From the NCBI GenBank assembly GCA_041674765.1, contig JBAYVE010000003.1, forward strand, positions 2,040 to 66,039: a stretch of 64,000 nt of DNA. Direction: 5' to 3'. The DNA comes from Patescibacteria group bacterium. GTDB taxonomy: Bacteria > Patescibacteriota > UBA1384 > XYA2-FULL-43-10 > 1-14-0-10-43-13. The notes under the pieces were generated by a model. That model had not been told where the DNA came from and ran no database searches. It saw nothing but the letters and a program-made list of their open reading frames with translations. The first letter of the stretch is position 1. Each line of letters starts with the position of its first letter. The translations under genes were made by a program, and so were the position numbers. Positions 1 to 9,640 of this stretch are shown one piece after another.

Positions 1-213
1 ATCCATGTATTTGAGCAAAGACTGAATCGCTGGACGATCAAATAATCCACCGGAGATGCCTTCGTCGCGAAAAACGCTTTCAACCTGCAAGCCCAGAGAT
101 GCGGCATACTTTCTGCATCTATGTTCTTGGCTATCAAGGCCATTGCCTTCTTTAACTTGTTTCTCTGAAGATACTCGGCAATATATGAGTGCTTTTTTGT
201 ACTCTCCCTCCAT
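1..213 (-). CDS. Large serine recombinase, N-terminal part (runs off the window; not in ORF track)
   Basis: Manual translation from ATG at 213: MEGEYKKALIYCRVSSEKQVKEGNGLDSQEHRCRKYA...FRDEGISGGLFDRPAIQSLL; YxRVSS catalytic motif and DxGxSG...RP motif. Confidence 0.92.
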   Translation of the reverse strand, partial: MEGEYKKALIYCRVSSEKQVKEGNGLDSQEHRCRKYAASLGLQVESVFRDEGISGGLFDRPAIQSLLKYMD

Positions 214-407
214 TAGTCAAACCTTTCTAGGTACCCGGTTATAATTGTATTAACAATACCAATCACACTATTTTTTATATCAGCGATCTGTTCTTTTGGT
301 AAATTATATTTTGCAAGATACTGCTGGCACTCTTCTTCGGTTATTAACCCATCAAGTTCCTGATTGATCTTTGATTTCTTTTTATGTGAGCTCATTTTTC
401 CCCTCAA
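213..407 (-). CDS. Small protein translationally coupled (TAATG) to the recombinase; possible directionality factor
   Basis: Stop codon overlaps recombinase start codon; function inferred from position only. Confidence 0.6.
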   Translation of the reverse strand: MRGKMSSHKKKSKINQELDGLITEEECQQYLAKYNLPKEQIADIKNSVIGIVNTIITGYLERFD

Positions 408-410
408 TTT

Positions 411-457
411 ACTATCCTGATAGTGTTAGTATATATCCGTATAGTGTTGTTTGTCAA
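411..457 (-). promoter_or_regulatory. Sigma70-like promoter of the recombinase operon with operator-like repeats
   Basis: TTGACA-N18-TATACT on the minus strand; direct repeat ATAGTGTT at 420-427 and 441-448; palindrome ACTATC-CT-GATAGT at 411-424. Confidence 0.5.
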
Positions 458-516
458 GAAAAAGCTCGATATATTTATCGAGAGATATGTAGTCCTATAA
501 ATGATAAATTGACAAG

Positions 517-1137
517 CTAGTTCTCAAGATTTCCACTCAAGAATACTCTCTGATTTACAGGTATTCCAAACACATTAATCTGCAAATGCAGATGAGGACC
601 AGTTGACCAGCCCGTATCGCCTCGAGTGCCGATAATAGTTCCTAATTCAACTTCTTGACCTTCTTCAACGGCTATCGAATCAAGATGAGCATAGATTGAG
701 GTAATATGATGACCGTTATCAATTTTTACATGCTTCCCGAAGCCGGTTGCTGTTTCGCCTGCATAGATGACTTTTCCTTTCATGAAAGCACCGACCGGAT
801 CGCCGGTATTGCCTGCGATATCGATTCCAGTATGAAATAATTGATAAGGCGAGAGTTGTCCGAATTCGAGTGAAATATTGCCAGTTGTCGGCCAGATTCT
901 TGGCTCCTCAATAACATCAATAACTGATCCGTCAGATGGGTCATAGATTTCAACTAATGAAGTTATTGGATTAATGTTTGCCAGAACATCGGAAACAAAA
1001 TTAAAGCCTGCCTGAGTTAGGATTATGACGGTAAAAACAGGCAGCAAACAGATAATAGCAATGGTCCAAAAGAAAAGTTTGATCTCCTTTTTCATTGAAA
1101 AAGCAGCAATGATCAGTTTTAATGTTTGCGGATTCAT
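517..1137 (-). CDS. M23 family peptidase with N-terminal TM segment (T4SS-associated murein hydrolase)
   Basis: HTGID, YAHL and STGPHLH motifs; follows VirB4. Confidence 0.9.
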   Translation of the reverse strand: MNPQTLKLIIAAFSMKKEIKLFFWTIAIICLLPVFTVIILTQAGFNFVSDVLANINPITSLVEIYDPSDGSVIDVIEEPRIWPTTGNISLEFGQLSPYQLFHTGIDIAGNTGDPVGAFMKGKVIYAGETATGFGKHVKIDNGHHITSIYAHLDSIAVEEGQEVELGTIIGTRGDTGWSTGPHLHLQINVFGIPVNQRVFLSGNLEN

Positions 1138-2924
1138 TTTCTTTTAGAAATAATCTCTGTTGGATCAGTGGTAATTAAAGGATGTTCTTGCTCTGAAGCG
1201 GTCACTTTAACGGCGACATGGTGCTGATCTGCGATAATAAGGGCTTCACCTCGCTCACAAGTTAGTAAAAATCTTTGCTCAAATTCACTTAGATGGAACT
1301 CTGAAGCGACACCTTTAATAGTTGTGGTATCTTGGCGCATTAATATTCTTAGAGAACTTTGAGAAGCTATTGCTCGGCCGTAGACATTGCCCAGAAAATC
1401 ATTTGCCTGTTGAGAGATGATACTTACTCCTAAATAATATTTTCTTGCTCGTCTGACTAATCCGGCAATAAATCTGGCACTTTCCTCATGTTCAAGCAAA
1501 AGCCACGCTTCATCGATCACTAAGATTCTCTTGCAAGGGTCTGATTTAACTTGGTTTTGAACGAATTGAGCAATGACCAAGTGCATGATTTGCCGCAGGG
1601 ACTCTGGTAGATCTTTGGTATCAAAGACTACCAATCTATTATCTAGTTCAATGTTCGTTTGGGTATCGAAGACCTTAGATAATGAACCGGTCGTGTACTT
1701 TTCTAGTCTTTGGCAGAGTTTAACCTGCTTCATGCTGCGGAGAGTGACATATAGATCATAAAGCTTTGGATACGTTCGGGCATTTTTCTTTTTAATTGAG
1801 TTCTTCTGTGTCCAGCCGGCTTTTTGGTAAGTCTTGATGATTGCCTTGTCTACCACAGATTTCTCTTCGGCACTCAAGCCCTCGGCCATGAGCGAGATAA
1901 TTTCTGTTAAAGATTGGACATGATCGGCGAAGCCTTTTTCCTCTGAAAAAGCATTGACTTCAAGATCGAATGGATTGATCTTTTCTTTAGAATGAACGGA
2001 CAATTTAATATATGTGCCGCCAACAGATTCTGCGAGTCTTTTGTATTCTCTCTCGGGATCGATAACGATTACTTTGGTGCCCTGCATGAGGTGTCTTAAA
2101 ATTTCGACTTTGGCGGTGTAGCTTTTGCCTGAACCTGATTGAGCGAAGAGAATACTGTTGGCATTAGGTAAACTGAATCGATCGAGAATAACCAGTGAGC
2201 TATTTGATCGGTTGATGCCATAAAGTACGCCTGATTCATGAACAAGTTCAGAAGAGATAAAAGGAAAGGTTAAGGCGGCACTCGAACTATCAAGGTTTCG
2301 CTTTTGGCAAAGCTGGTTATCACAACGGGGTAAGACTGATTGCAATCCTTCAATTTGCTGAAAGATAGCAGGCTTAGTATAGAAAAGCCTGGTTGCAAGG
2401 ACGGTATCTAAGAGTTTGATCGTTTTGTTGAGTTCAGCTAAAGAATCGGCCGATAGTGTGATATATAGGGAAACTTGAAAAAGATTCTCCTGCCCTCGTT
2501 GGATTTTGTCCCGCAGATCCATGGCTGAGTCGAGTGGATCGGTTAGCTCCGAACCAATGATCTTTCCGGCTCTCTCCATCGCTCTCTTGGTTGAGATTAG
2601 CTCGGTGATTTTTCTATTAAGCTTAGGTAAAGCAAGAGTCGCATCCACAGGCTCGATGTGGTAAGCGATGTCCACGTTGTAATTAAAATTGATGAGATGA
2701 TTTAGCCATCCGCTTGATGCAGTGTAGGGATAGCCGGAGATGAAAAGAGTTTTCACAAATCTGCCGTCAATCTCAAGATGATTTTGAAATTCTTCAAGTC
2801 CTGAATAGGTTATAAAATCGAGTTGGTCTTGGTCGCCAAGGTGGAAAGATAGAGCCAAGTCCTTTTCTTTCTGCTGAGGAGCATGCTTCTTTTTAGCTTT
2901 CTTTTTTGTTTTAGAGAAAATCAT
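1134..2924 (-). CDS. virB4: VirB4/TraE-like conjugative ATPase
   Basis: Walker A (AQSGSGKS), IDPEREY, Walker B VIDEAW, RRARKY. Confidence 0.92.
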   Translation of the reverse strand: MIFSKTKKKAKKKHAPQQKEKDLALSFHLGDQDQLDFITYSGLEEFQNHLEIDGRFVKTLFISGYPYTASSGWLNHLINFNYNVDIAYHIEPVDATLALPKLNRKITELISTKRAMERAGKIIGSELTDPLDSAMDLRDKIQRGQENLFQVSLYITLSADSLAELNKTIKLLDTVLATRLFYTKPAIFQQIEGLQSVLPRCDNQLCQKRNLDSSSAALTFPFISSELVHESGVLYGINRSNSSLVILDRFSLPNANSILFAQSGSGKSYTAKVEILRHLMQGTKVIVIDPEREYKRLAESVGGTYIKLSVHSKEKINPFDLEVNAFSEEKGFADHVQSLTEIISLMAEGLSAEEKSVVDKAIIKTYQKAGWTQKNSIKKKNARTYPKLYDLYVTLRSMKQVKLCQRLEKYTTGSLSKVFDTQTNIELDNRLVVFDTKDLPESLRQIMHLVIAQFVQNQVKSDPCKRILVIDEAWLLLEHEESARFIAGLVRRARKYYLGVSIISQQANDFLGNVYGRAIASQSSLRILMRQDTTTIKGVASEFHLSEFEQRFLLTCERGEALIIADQHHVAVKVTASEQEHPLITTDPTEIISKRK

Positions 2925-3528
2925 ATTCTCCTGTTCTTTTTATAATTGCCTGAGCCAATGGTTGAATTTTCGCCTGTTCTGGTCGGTAGAAACTGTAAAA
3001 TAAATCAAGTATTTCGAGACTTGAGAGTTGTCTTGCAGTCATGCCAATTTTTTCTAAACCTTTAATGATGATTTCCTGTTCGAGCATAAGCTGTTCTTTC
3101 ACTGTAGGAAAATCAACCTTTCCCTTATTGTCATGAGGAATTACAAGGTAAAATTTTCGAGAGAGAATTTTATTGCCAGAAACGAGCTTTTTAATGAACT
3201 CTGAATAATTTTTAAGTTGATCCTTGTAGATTGTTTCGGTTTCATTCTTAAGTTTCCCCTCGAAGTCCTCGAGATAACGGTCAATATCAAGTTCTCTGAC
3301 TCGGACCAAGATTTGAATCGGCATTGTCAGGCTGTTTAAGAAAGCTTGAAAAGCGTCAACGATCACATCCTGTTCTTCCTCGCTTTGGAGTTCAAAGTTT
3401 AAAGAAGAGGTCGATAGAATTGTACGATAGCGATCATCCGGCAAGATTAGAATTCCGTCTCTTACCTCCTTGATCCCGATTTGAGTTCGAGCTGAGCCGT
3501 TAGTTTTCGGCTTTTTTGAGTTCAACAT
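2911..3528 (-). CDS. Conjugation protein (TraC/VirB4-associated, resembles VirB4 N-terminal part)
   Basis: LNFELQSEEEQD...FLNSL motif; lies between PrgI and VirB4 with overlapping codons. Confidence 0.65.
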   Translation of the reverse strand: MLNSKKPKTNGSARTQIGIKEVRDGILILPDDRYRTILSTSSLNFELQSEEEQDVIVDAFQAFLNSLTMPIQILVRVRELDIDRYLEDFEGKLKNETETIYKDQLKNYSEFIKKLVSGNKILSRKFYLVIPHDNKGKVDFPTVKEQLMLEQEIIIKGLEKIGMTARQLSSLEILDLFYSFYRPEQAKIQPLAQAIIKRTGEYDFL

Positions 3529-4006
3529 TTAAACCTCCTTTCTTTGATGGTTTAAAAGAAAGCCTTACCAAATTTTCATTGAATAGCTGATCAATCTTTA
3601 TCTGGTCATGCAAGCTGATTGTTTTGGTGTTCTTGCTTTCCACTTTAATTTCTGTTTTCTTTGCTTCAGTAACTTTTGGTTCTTTGATAATAATTTCTCG
3701 ATGGATTGGGTCGTTTTTGGTAAAGATGTATCGCCTTGGACGGGAGTTGAAACGAAGTAAAATGACTAGCCATTCACCCAAGATCTTGCCGTTAAATCGC
3801 AAAGATAAACCGCCAAAGAAGATGAACTCGATCGCAATCAAGGTCATCTTAATAGTACCAAAGTGCATCTTGGGCATGACAACGGCATAGATCAGAGCGC
3901 CTATTACCATAGACATTACAAGGAGTACGATCTGGGGCAATGTTAAATTTCCGGCGATTCTATCTTCAACGGTGGTGATTTGGGCTGGCACTACTGTAGT
4001 TTTCAT
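3500..4006 (-). CDS. PrgI family (VirB3-like) membrane protein
   Basis: VPAQITTVEDRIAGNLTLPQ N-terminus plus two TM helices. Confidence 0.8.
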   Translation of the reverse strand: MKTTVVPAQITTVEDRIAGNLTLPQIVLLVMSMVIGALIYAVVMPKMHFGTIKMTLIAIEFIFFGGLSLRFNGKILGEWLVILLRFNSRPRRYIFTKNDPIHREIIIKEPKVTEAKKTEIKVESKNTKTISLHDQIKIDQLFNENLVRLSFKPSKKGGLNVELKKAEN

Positions 4007-5286
4007 CTGGCGCTTGCTCCTCTCTTAACAGTTTCCTTAACAACGGTGGTATTCTTGGCATTGGATACTGAAATTACATTCATGATCTGGCCGCCAAGCT
4101 TTTTCATCATATTTGAAGATCCGCTCATTAAGGCTAGTTGGATTGCTGTTCCTGTGCTCTTCAGGAGAATCGAGAACAAGGCAATACCGATAAGGATTGA
4201 AATGACCGGATTTGCTCCGACCTGTCCGGGGACTGTAAGGAAAGCGGAAGCAAGCTGAATTATGACTACATGGATAAAAACGGTAAAAATGGTGATGAAA
4301 TATGCCTTTGTTAGATTTGCGGCAAAATCTGCCATACTTGGGATTAGCGCAATTGCGCAGACAAGCGGAGAGATTACAGCACCGAAGGCAAGAATCATAA
4401 GGCGCGAGATGTAGAAAAGAAGTAAGACTGCTGCAAGGATGATGAAGATAATAACGAAGATTAAGGTAATGAGCGCAGTTGTGCCACTCAGAAAACTTGC
4501 CGGATCAAAAGCATTTAATATCCAAGCTGTACCTAATCCTCCAGTGGCATTTAAAATGGAATTAACTAATGTCTGGCAAAGCTGAATAACCCAATCAATC
4601 AAAAAGATTGAGGTGTTAGCTCCGACAAAAGCTAGGGCAACTTTGGGCCAAAGATCTTTCAAACTCACTTCTTCAAGGCCAAAGGTGCTTCCGCTCATCA
4701 CTCTAAAGCCAAGCAATGCAATGATGATCGCAAAGAGTGAATCTGTGATTCCGACCATGACTAACCAAAAATTAAAAACAACAGAATTTGAAGCTAATGA
4801 TGGAGTAGAAGTCAGAAACCAAGTTATGCCGTCAAGGACCGGTTTAGTGGCCGACTGGATGATATTTTGCAAGAAGCCAAAGATAGCATCAATAATGACT
4901 TGGGCTAAAGAGTTATCAGATTCTACTGGCTCAATCGGACTCATATTTAGAGCAGTTCCAGTTGCGTTATTGGCAGGCTGTGTCATCGCGCTATTTAGCA
5001 TTGAGCTAAAAACAAAAGCCCCAATAACGATTATTAAACCAATTAAGGCGTTTCTAATCGTTCTCTTTGCTTCATCGAGAGCAGCAGGATTGCCGGTTGA
5101 AGTGATATACAAATACCCGCCACGAACAAGGAAGAAAACCACAGCAACAGAAGCAAGACCGATCAAAGCGGTCATGGCGTCATGAGTGAAATTCTCAACC
5201 TCTGGATTGGAAGCGGCAAAGGCGATGGCGGGAGAAAACAGAATAGCGCAAAAGAGAATAATTTTAGTGATTACTCTTTTCATCAA
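4003..5286 (-). CDS. VirB6/TrbL-like polytopic membrane protein with N-terminal pilin-like segment
   Basis: Multiple TM helices; GGYLYITSTGNP...AKRTIRNALIG pilin-like segment. Confidence 0.75.
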   Translation of the reverse strand: MMKRVITKIILFCAILFSPAIAFAASNPEVENFTHDAMTALIGLASVAVVFFLVRGGYLYITSTGNPAALDEAKRTIRNALIGLIIVIGAFVFSSMLNSAMTQPANNATGTALNMSPIEPVESDNSLAQVIIDAIFGFLQNIIQSATKPVLDGITWFLTSTPSLASNSVVFNFWLVMVGITDSLFAIIIALLGFRVMSGSTFGLEEVSLKDLWPKVALAFVGANTSIFLIDWVIQLCQTLVNSILNATGGLGTAWILNAFDPASFLSGTTALITLIFVIIFIILAAVLLLFYISRLMILAFGAVISPLVCAIALIPSMADFAANLTKAYFITIFTVFIHVVIIQLASAFLTVPGQVGANPVISILIGIALFSILLKSTGTAIQLALMSGSSNMMKKLGGQIMNVISVSNAKNTTVVKETVKRGASAR

Positions 5287-5290
5287 GGAA

Positions 5291-5641
5291 TTAGTTGAAT
5301 GCGTTCTTTGCTAAATCAGTAACAATGTTAGAAATAACGAAAGCAGCAATTGATATTGCTAAACCAAAACTTGAATAAACAAGTGTTTTCTTTGAACGAT
5401 CTAAATTCTCTGGATTGCCTGACGAAGTGATATATCCAATACCGCCTACTACAAAAAAACCGGCTGCTAATAGACCGGCAATGGTGACGAGGACTTGGAT
5501 AACGTTTTGTGCAAAGTTTTGTACTTTTGCGATATCGCCAGAATCAGCAAATGCCGGTGTTGCTGAAATTAATAGTACGATAAAGGAGAGACCAAGAGGC
5601 CGGAGACGTTGTAACATGATAACCCAACTTTCTCCCCTCAC
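5291..5641 (-). CDS. TrbC/VirB2-like pilin
   Basis: Signal peptide (PAFA), two TM helices, GGIGYITSSGNPE motif. Confidence 0.8.
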   Translation of the reverse strand: MRGESWVIMLQRLRPLGLSFIVLLISATPAFADSGDIAKVQNFAQNVIQVLVTIAGLLAAGFFVVGGIGYITSSGNPENLDRSKKTLVYSSFGLAISIAAFVISNIVTDLAKNAFN

Positions 5642-5804
5642 ATTTTATATTTAATTTACTAAGCGCTTGCTAACTATTTATTATTACCAATAAAAGGTTA
5701 AATAATTATTAAATTAATCTAAAGAAAAACTTAAGGTTGTTATGAAATTGTCATACCTTACTTTGAATATATGTAGCAATTGCTTGCTTGTCAAGAGGAC
5801 TATA

Positions 5805-6191
5805 TTACTTTGCCTTTTTTTCAACTAGTTCATTTATCCTGTTTACCAATTGTTCTGGCAAGATATCTATCTTCATAATATAATCATCGGCATCACCACT
5901 GATCCTGTTTTGATCTATAGGATTCAGGTTTAGTGCCGTGAGAACAACCACTACTATATCTTTTATTCGAGGATCTTTTCTAATTATCTTTAAGAGTTCA
6001 TCACCTTGCATTTTAGGAAGCATTAAGTCCAGGAGAATAGCATCTGGAAGGTATTCTTTATCTTTAAACATCTCAATCGCATCTTCGGCAGAATAAGCGA
6101 TTTTTACTTCCCATTTGGCAAATTCAAACCTCATTCGATATAAATCGCTACATCCCCAGTTATCATCAACAATAAGTAATTTTTTAGACAT
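5805..6191 (-). CDS. Single-domain response regulator (REC)
   Basis: LIVDD, ILLDLMLP, LTA and conserved Lys. Confidence 0.9.
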   Translation of the reverse strand: MSKKLLIVDDNWGCSDLYRMRFEFAKWEVKIAYSAEDAIEMFKDKEYLPDAILLDLMLPKMQGDELLKIIRKDPRIKDIVVVVLTALNLNPIDQNRISGDADDYIMKIDILPEQLVNRINELVEKKAK

Positions 6192-6239
6192 AAGCCTCCT
6201 CGCGGAGCAGTTGTATATTAAATTTTAATTAAGTAAACG

Positions 6240-7880
6240 TTAAAGAACTCTTAAATTCGTACCATCGGAGTGAATTCTCGTTGCCTGTCTTATTTCTTTA
6301 TACTCCAGTGGCAAGGAAAAGTAAAAAGTTGAACCCTTATCTTTATCCGATTCAAGCCACATATCACCACCATGAAGATTTATTATATTTTTAGAGATAT
6401 ATAGCCCGAGTCCTGATCCTTGCTGTTCTTGGGGATTCCTAGGGTCGAATCTGCCAGCTTGATAGAATTTTTCAAAGAGGTGTTTTTGATCTTCCTTTTC
6501 AATGCCGATACCTGTATCAGCCACAGAGATAACAACTTTATCATCCTTAAGCTTCGAAGTGACTGCGATCTTGCCATTATTGGTAAATTTATTGGCATTG
6601 TTAATTAAATTAGTTACGACTTCCCCAATTTTGCTTTGGTCAATTGTTAGTTTAGGAAGTGACCTGCTCATTGGAATATATGCAATTGAGTTGCCTTTTT
6701 CTTTGGTCTTAATTTCCAGACTGGAAACAATCTGTGAGATTAATGGATCAATATCTGTCTCAATAGGATTAATTGTTAATCTATGTTGATCAATTCGAGC
6801 AACATTAAGAACATCTTTTGATAGATGAGCCAGCCTCATTACTTGATCAAGTATCGGCTGAAAGTAGGCTTTCTGTTCATCATCTAATTTGCACATGTTT
6901 TCTCTAATAGCCATATCCATTCTACCTTGAATAGCTGTAATCGGAGTATTTAATTCGTGAGTAGCCATCTGAAGAAATTCATCTTTCATTCGATCAAGCT
7001 CAACAAGTTCTTTTTTATCATGTTCTAATTGTCTAGCCAATTTCTCGTTTTTTTCAGCATAAAGTATCTGCTGTTTATTTTTTTGAACTAACATGTTGGC
7101 AGCTACAATAGTTAGAATCTCCAGAAAGACCTTTATTACAAAACCAATTTCTTGGGTTGAAAATAATGCTAGACCCATCGAAATGACTATAAAATAAGCA
7201 ATTATTTCAACAGTCGCAGTTTTTAAGTCCATTAAATGTTCTTTCATAATTGCATACGCAGTTAAAAGAACTAGTACAATAGAACTTGGACTATCCAGGA
7301 CATTATATTTTGATATGCCCATCGAGGGCAAAACAAAACCTACAATCGACGATACTATAACAACGAAAGCCAAACCGATACCAAAAAGTTTGATTTGTTC
7401 TTTGTATTTTTTATCGCCCTTGTGATATCGCCAAATAAGTAAACCTAACAATCCCACAAAAAGGATAATCACATATATAGTATATATGCCGAAAAGAGGT
7501 CCGGTCTCGTAATGAGAATAATCAGTTATTGATCTAATCATGTCATTTGAAGTAAAGAATAAGACCACAAAGACTGATGCAATAAGAAGTGCCAAATAAT
7601 TAGCCGCCCTTATAATCCATCCGGAGAGCTGGCCTCCCAAAAGGTTGATAAAGTAGAATGCTGACATTATCAAAAATGGTGCAAGCGCATATATAACGTT
7701 TAACACCATCAAAGAATTGGTTGTTTGAAGAAAATAATTTAAGATTACCCACGTTCCTGTTAGAAACGTAAAAAGAGAAAACGATCTGGTTAATGGCTTT
7801 TTGTAACCAGATTTTATAACGTAAAAGCTGAGTATGTAATTAAATAGTGCTACGATTAAAATAAATTGCGACATAATCAC
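6240..7880 (-). CDS. Sensor histidine kinase with multi-TM (HisKA_7TM-like) input domain
   Basis: H-box ATHELNTP, N-box NLINNANKF, DTGIG, GSGLGL; hydrophobic N-terminal half. Confidence 0.9.
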   Translation of the reverse strand: MIMSQFILIVALFNYILSFYVIKSGYKKPLTRSFSLFTFLTGTWVILNYFLQTTNSLMVLNVIYALAPFLIMSAFYFINLLGGQLSGWIIRAANYLALLIASVFVVLFFTSNDMIRSITDYSHYETGPLFGIYTIYVIILFVGLLGLLIWRYHKGDKKYKEQIKLFGIGLAFVVIVSSIVGFVLPSMGISKYNVLDSPSSIVLVLLTAYAIMKEHLMDLKTATVEIIAYFIVISMGLALFSTQEIGFVIKVFLEILTIVAANMLVQKNKQQILYAEKNEKLARQLEHDKKELVELDRMKDEFLQMATHELNTPITAIQGRMDMAIRENMCKLDDEQKAYFQPILDQVMRLAHLSKDVLNVARIDQHRLTINPIETDIDPLISQIVSSLEIKTKEKGNSIAYIPMSRSLPKLTIDQSKIGEVVTNLINNANKFTNNGKIAVTSKLKDDKVVISVADTGIGIEKEDQKHLFEKFYQAGRFDPRNPQEQQGSGLGLYISKNIINLHGGDMWLESDKDKGSTFYFSLPLEYKEIRQATRIHSDGTNLRVL

Positions 7881-7914
7881 CCTTATTTATTGCTTGACTT
7901 TAGTATAACAGAAA

Positions 7915-7945
7915 CGAGCCCCGGAACAAGATGTTCTAGGGCTCG
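7915..7945 (-). terminator. Rho-independent terminator after the alpha-oxoamine synthase gene
   Basis: CGAGCCC...GGGCTCG stem followed by TTTCTGTT on the minus strand. Confidence 0.6.
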
Positions 7946-7958
7946 CTGATACGTGCAC

Positions 7959-9227
7959 TCATATTACGCCGAGAGTTCTCCCTGCATAAGCAAGTGCATC
8001 GAGCAATTGCTCGATTTTTGATTCGTCCTTTGCGATGGCATAACAGATATTAATCCGTACCATCGCCTCGTCGATTCCGACGGCAGGTGCGAAATACGCT
8101 GGTGCGAAAAGTCCGCGCTCAAGCAGAATCTCCGCTGCAGCCTTCGCCTTCTGCTCTTCAAAGAAACGGACAGGAAGGATTTGGGTTTCGCAACCCAAGG
8201 TGTCAAAACCCAGTTCTTTGAGACTGCTATTGATATTATCAGCAGCCTCAAGAACTTTCGTTCGGCGCCAAGGTTCCCGTTCAAGAAGATCGAAGACCTC
8301 GAGCAGAGCCGCCGCATTGCCTGGCGACATCGATGTTTGGTATACGTGTGTTCGGCACTGGACTCTCATTTCCTCGCAAAAGGCATGAGTGCCGGTAATG
8401 TACCCACCTTCAACACCGAAAGCCTTGCTTAAGGTACCAATGTTGAAATCAACGCCGTCTTCGACGCCAAAATGTTCGGCCGTGCCTGTTCCAGTGTGCC
8501 CGTACAAGCCAGCGCCATGTGCGTCATCGACGTAAACGGCAGCACCATAGTTATTCGCAAGTGCAACAATTTTGTCGAGGGGAGCCAAACGACCATGCAG
8601 AGAGAAGACTCCATCCGTCAAGATGATCTTGATTGGTGCGGTCGAACTCTGAAGTCTCTTTTCAAGATGATCCATATTGCGATGCTTGAAGCGATTGGCT
8701 TCGACAGCACCGCCGGAAAGTCGAGAAGTTGCCTGACGGATCCCGTCAATGATACTAGCGTGAACCAGCTCATCGAATATAAGATCCACAGGCTGATTGA
8801 TCGACTCCATAACAGTCGGATCCAGAAGACGGATCGCACTTCGAAGTGGTGGTGATGCCAAAGCGACAATAATGCCGATATTGGCAAGATAACCACTGGA
8901 GAATAGCACTGCGTCTTCGGTGCCCTTGAAACGGGCGATCCGTTGCTCGAGCTGTTGATGAAGACTGGTTGTCCCAGACGTAATCCGGGAACCGCCACTG
9001 CCTACACCTAAGAGTGAACTTGCAGCATTAGCTGCCGCAATCACTTTGGGGTGTTGACTGACAGAGAGATAGCTGTTTGTCGAAACATCCAAGCATTCTC
9101 TGTCATCGATAATTGCTGTCCCATCATTATCACGACTTATGATCGAATGATAATGTGGGTAGAATTTGCCTGCCTCAAGTGTTTGCTGGCTGGCATTCAA
9201 ACGGTTTTTCAGCGCTTCGCTAATCAT
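7959..9227 (-). CDS. PLP-dependent alpha-oxoamine synthase (BioF/AONS/KBL family)
   Basis: TNSYL, GSGGSR, FSSGYLAN, HASIIDG, TDGVFS, VDDAHG, GTLSKAFG (PLP Lys); GGAGG RBS supports start at 9227. Confidence 0.88.
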   Translation of the reverse strand: MISEALKNRLNASQQTLEAGKFYPHYHSIISRDNDGTAIIDDRECLDVSTNSYLSVSQHPKVIAAANAASSLLGVGSGGSRITSGTTSLHQQLEQRIARFKGTEDAVLFSSGYLANIGIIVALASPPLRSAIRLLDPTVMESINQPVDLIFDELVHASIIDGIRQATSRLSGGAVEANRFKHRNMDHLEKRLQSSTAPIKIILTDGVFSLHGRLAPLDKIVALANNYGAAVYVDDAHGAGLYGHTGTGTAEHFGVEDGVDFNIGTLSKAFGVEGGYITGTHAFCEEMRVQCRTHVYQTSMSPGNAAALLEVFDLLEREPWRRTKVLEAADNINSSLKELGFDTLGCETQILPVRFFEEQKAKAAAEILLERGLFAPAYFAPAVGIDEAMVRINICYAIAKDESKIEQLLDALAYAGRTLGVI

Positions 9228-9396
9228 CTTGTCCTCCTTCAATCATCGACAAGGCGATAATGGCAATTTGACAGCAAATGCTGCCGATTTGATTGCCAGC
9301 CTCTACACAGTCTGTTCTCAGTATCTCAAGTTGCCTTATTATAGCGGCAGCTTGATTCACCTGAGTTTCAGAACACTCAAGCTTGTCTGCTGCCAT
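9220..9396 (-). CDS. 58-aa hypothetical protein with 4 Cys, co-transcribed with the AONS gene
   Basis: AAAGGAG RBS before ATG 9396; stop overlaps AONS start; MAADKLECSETQ...GSICCQIAIIALSMIEGGQDD. Confidence 0.6.
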   Translation of the reverse strand: MAADKLECSETQVNQAAAIIRQLEILRTDCVEAGNQIGSICCQIAIIALSMIEGGQDD

Positions 9397-9458
9397 AGGC
9401 AACTCCTTTCAGTTTTCAATGTACTCTACGCTCATTGTATCATAGCGAGAGATGTTAT

Positions 9459-9487
9459 ATCTTACCATAATAGCGTTAGTTTGTCAA
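9459..9487 (-). promoter_or_regulatory. Sigma70 promoter for small ORF plus AONS
   Basis: TTGACA-N17-TAAGAT. Confidence 0.65.
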
Positions 9488-9640
9488 TCGGTTGGGGATT
9501 GATTTGATCTGTTTCATGGCCATTGATCCCTCGCCATTGGAAGTTCTTACAAAAAAAGCTTGCATAAAGGAAGAAAATCTGGTATGGATTACAATAGTAG
9601 CATTTGCTAAGTACACAGACATCACCAACCGGAGGGAAAC

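Noticed and set aside
4613-5185. Antisense ORFs such as the 190-aa + strand ORF (and many similar ones in the track)
   Set aside because: Shadow frames of well-supported genes; no RBS or motifs
7959-9227. Calling the gene bioF (biotin synthesis)
   Set aside because: No other bio genes in the window; family motifs do not define the substrate
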